Virus record (IMG/VR): IMGVR_UViG_3300013426_000018
Coordinates: 109,970 to 173,969 of that record
Length of the DNA: 64,000 nucleotides
Reading direction: 5' to 3' (one strand)
From: a virus
Taxonomy: Duplodnaviria > Caudoviricetes
Of the stretch, positions 62,987 to 64,000 are shown piece by piece. The notes beneath the pieces are model-generated. The model was not told where the DNA came from, made no database searches, and saw nothing but the letters and a program-made list of their open reading frames with translations. The number at the start of each line of letters is the position of its first letter. The first letter of the stretch is position 1. The position numbers and the translations under genes were made by a program.

Positions 62987-64000
62987 TTATTTCATAAGAA
63001 CATCTTTATCTTTTTTTATTTTTCCACCAGTCCCCAAAGAAAACCAGTACTAACCTGATCCACCGGATTTAATTTTATGGGTACCATTCAACGTACATAT
63101 AGCATCATTATTATAAACTGTCGGTATTTCAATTTTAGTATAACCATAATTTTGGGTACGAACATAAACAGTTGCTCCACTCCACTCATTTATTGATGGC
63201 GAACTCATTTTAATTGTGCCAGATGTGACTGTAAGAGCATATTCTTGTCCCCCTGGCGGAGTATACTTTATAGTGCCTGCAGTTCCTAAATCAACTACAT
63301 CTTTAATTAGACTATATCTTCATCCTAAAATATTAGGCGTTTACCACTTCCAATAATTTGTACTCCTAAAAGGATAGTCGTTGAGCGTTCTTCTTAAATA
63401 AGAAAATTCGTTGCTGATTACTAAGTATTTAGCTTCCCAGCAGTTCAATAAAATTTTACATAACTATTACTAGCTATGGAACCTAGTTGTTTTAATTTTC
63501 CGCTAATACAGTAACATTTAAGTTCGATAAACTTTGTGCTTTAAACCCAGCAACTCCTTTGACATTGCCTCCATAATATCCAGCTCCGCCATTTTGGCCA
63601 TTAACCTAAAATTGTCCCAAATTAATTTTAGTATTTCCGCCTATATTAGAGTCTCCTCTTACTGTTAAATTATAACAAGTTATATCTGAAGCTTCTATAG
63701 AGCCATCCCATTTAATTTTTAAATTTGTACCAATTATAAAAGGGTATTCATCAGCGCTACTATCTAAGATAAAAAATTTATTAATTTTATCAGAAGAATT
63801 AATTCCACTTAAATATAAATTATATCCTTTTATTAAGTTATTTTTTAAATCTAATTTAAATCCCTCCCCAGAAGAACTTTTCTCATAAATCAAAGAACAC
63901 TGAGTTTTAATTTCTTTAATTACTTGGTCAACGGGGACGTCAACTAATTCAGGTTTTGCAGCAGCTCCATCTTCTCCAGTTGAATACTCTGTTCGTGTTT
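62987..64000 (-). CDS. C-terminal part of a tail structural protein, spliced; exons >64000-63521 and 63297-62987
   Basis: Frame stops just inside the intron; removing the intron gives SN(L)VDLGTAG...LMK*. Confidence 0.7.
63298..63520 (-). mobile_element. group I intron 11 (tail gene), no ORF, 223 nt
   Basis: Minus strand reads AACUGCUGGGAA...AAUCAGCA...CAACGACUA...AAGAUAUAGUC; P1 GAACU/GGUUC; P10 CAACUA/UAGUUG. Confidence 0.87.

Noticed and set aside
40310-64000. Diversity-generating retroelement or invertible tail-fibre cassette
   Set aside because: No reverse transcriptase, recombinase or template/variable repeat pair was seen in this window.

Overview
AT-rich segment of a large tailed phage genome, probably infecting gut Firmicutes (sigmaA-type promoters with extended -10 elements, strong Shine-Dalgarno sites). 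The phage uses a recoded genetic code: TAG reads as Gln (code 15), and every gene I could delimit ends in TAA or TGA, so the supplied ORF track is fragmented. The + strand (1-34.4 kb) carries a bacterial-like replication, recombination and nucleotide-metabolism module: gyrase A C-terminus, LigA, ThyA, DHFR, SSB-like, Sak4-like ATPase, DnaB-like helicase, primase, RecJ, RecD/Dda-like helicase, DnaE, guanylate-kinase-like, NrdD/NrdG, dUTPase and RuvC. The - strand (34.4-64 kb) carries a six-gene cassette of unknown function, a holin, and baseplate/tail genes, including a ~2600-aa CotH-kinase/LRR-like protein. I delimited 11 group I introns, with splice sites that restore frame and conserved motifs. 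Ten lie in replication genes (7 with LAGLIDADG or GIY-YIG homing endonucleases) and one is a minimal intron in a tail gene. Other notable points: amber codons are very unevenly distributed (none in DnaE, LigA or SSB; many in nucleases; single N-terminal ones in several genes), a 5-nt insertion interrupts the Walker A motif of the RecD-like helicase, and a second putative phage-specific promoter motif recurs. Coordinates and counts were derived by hand; family assignments come from motif recognition, not database searches.
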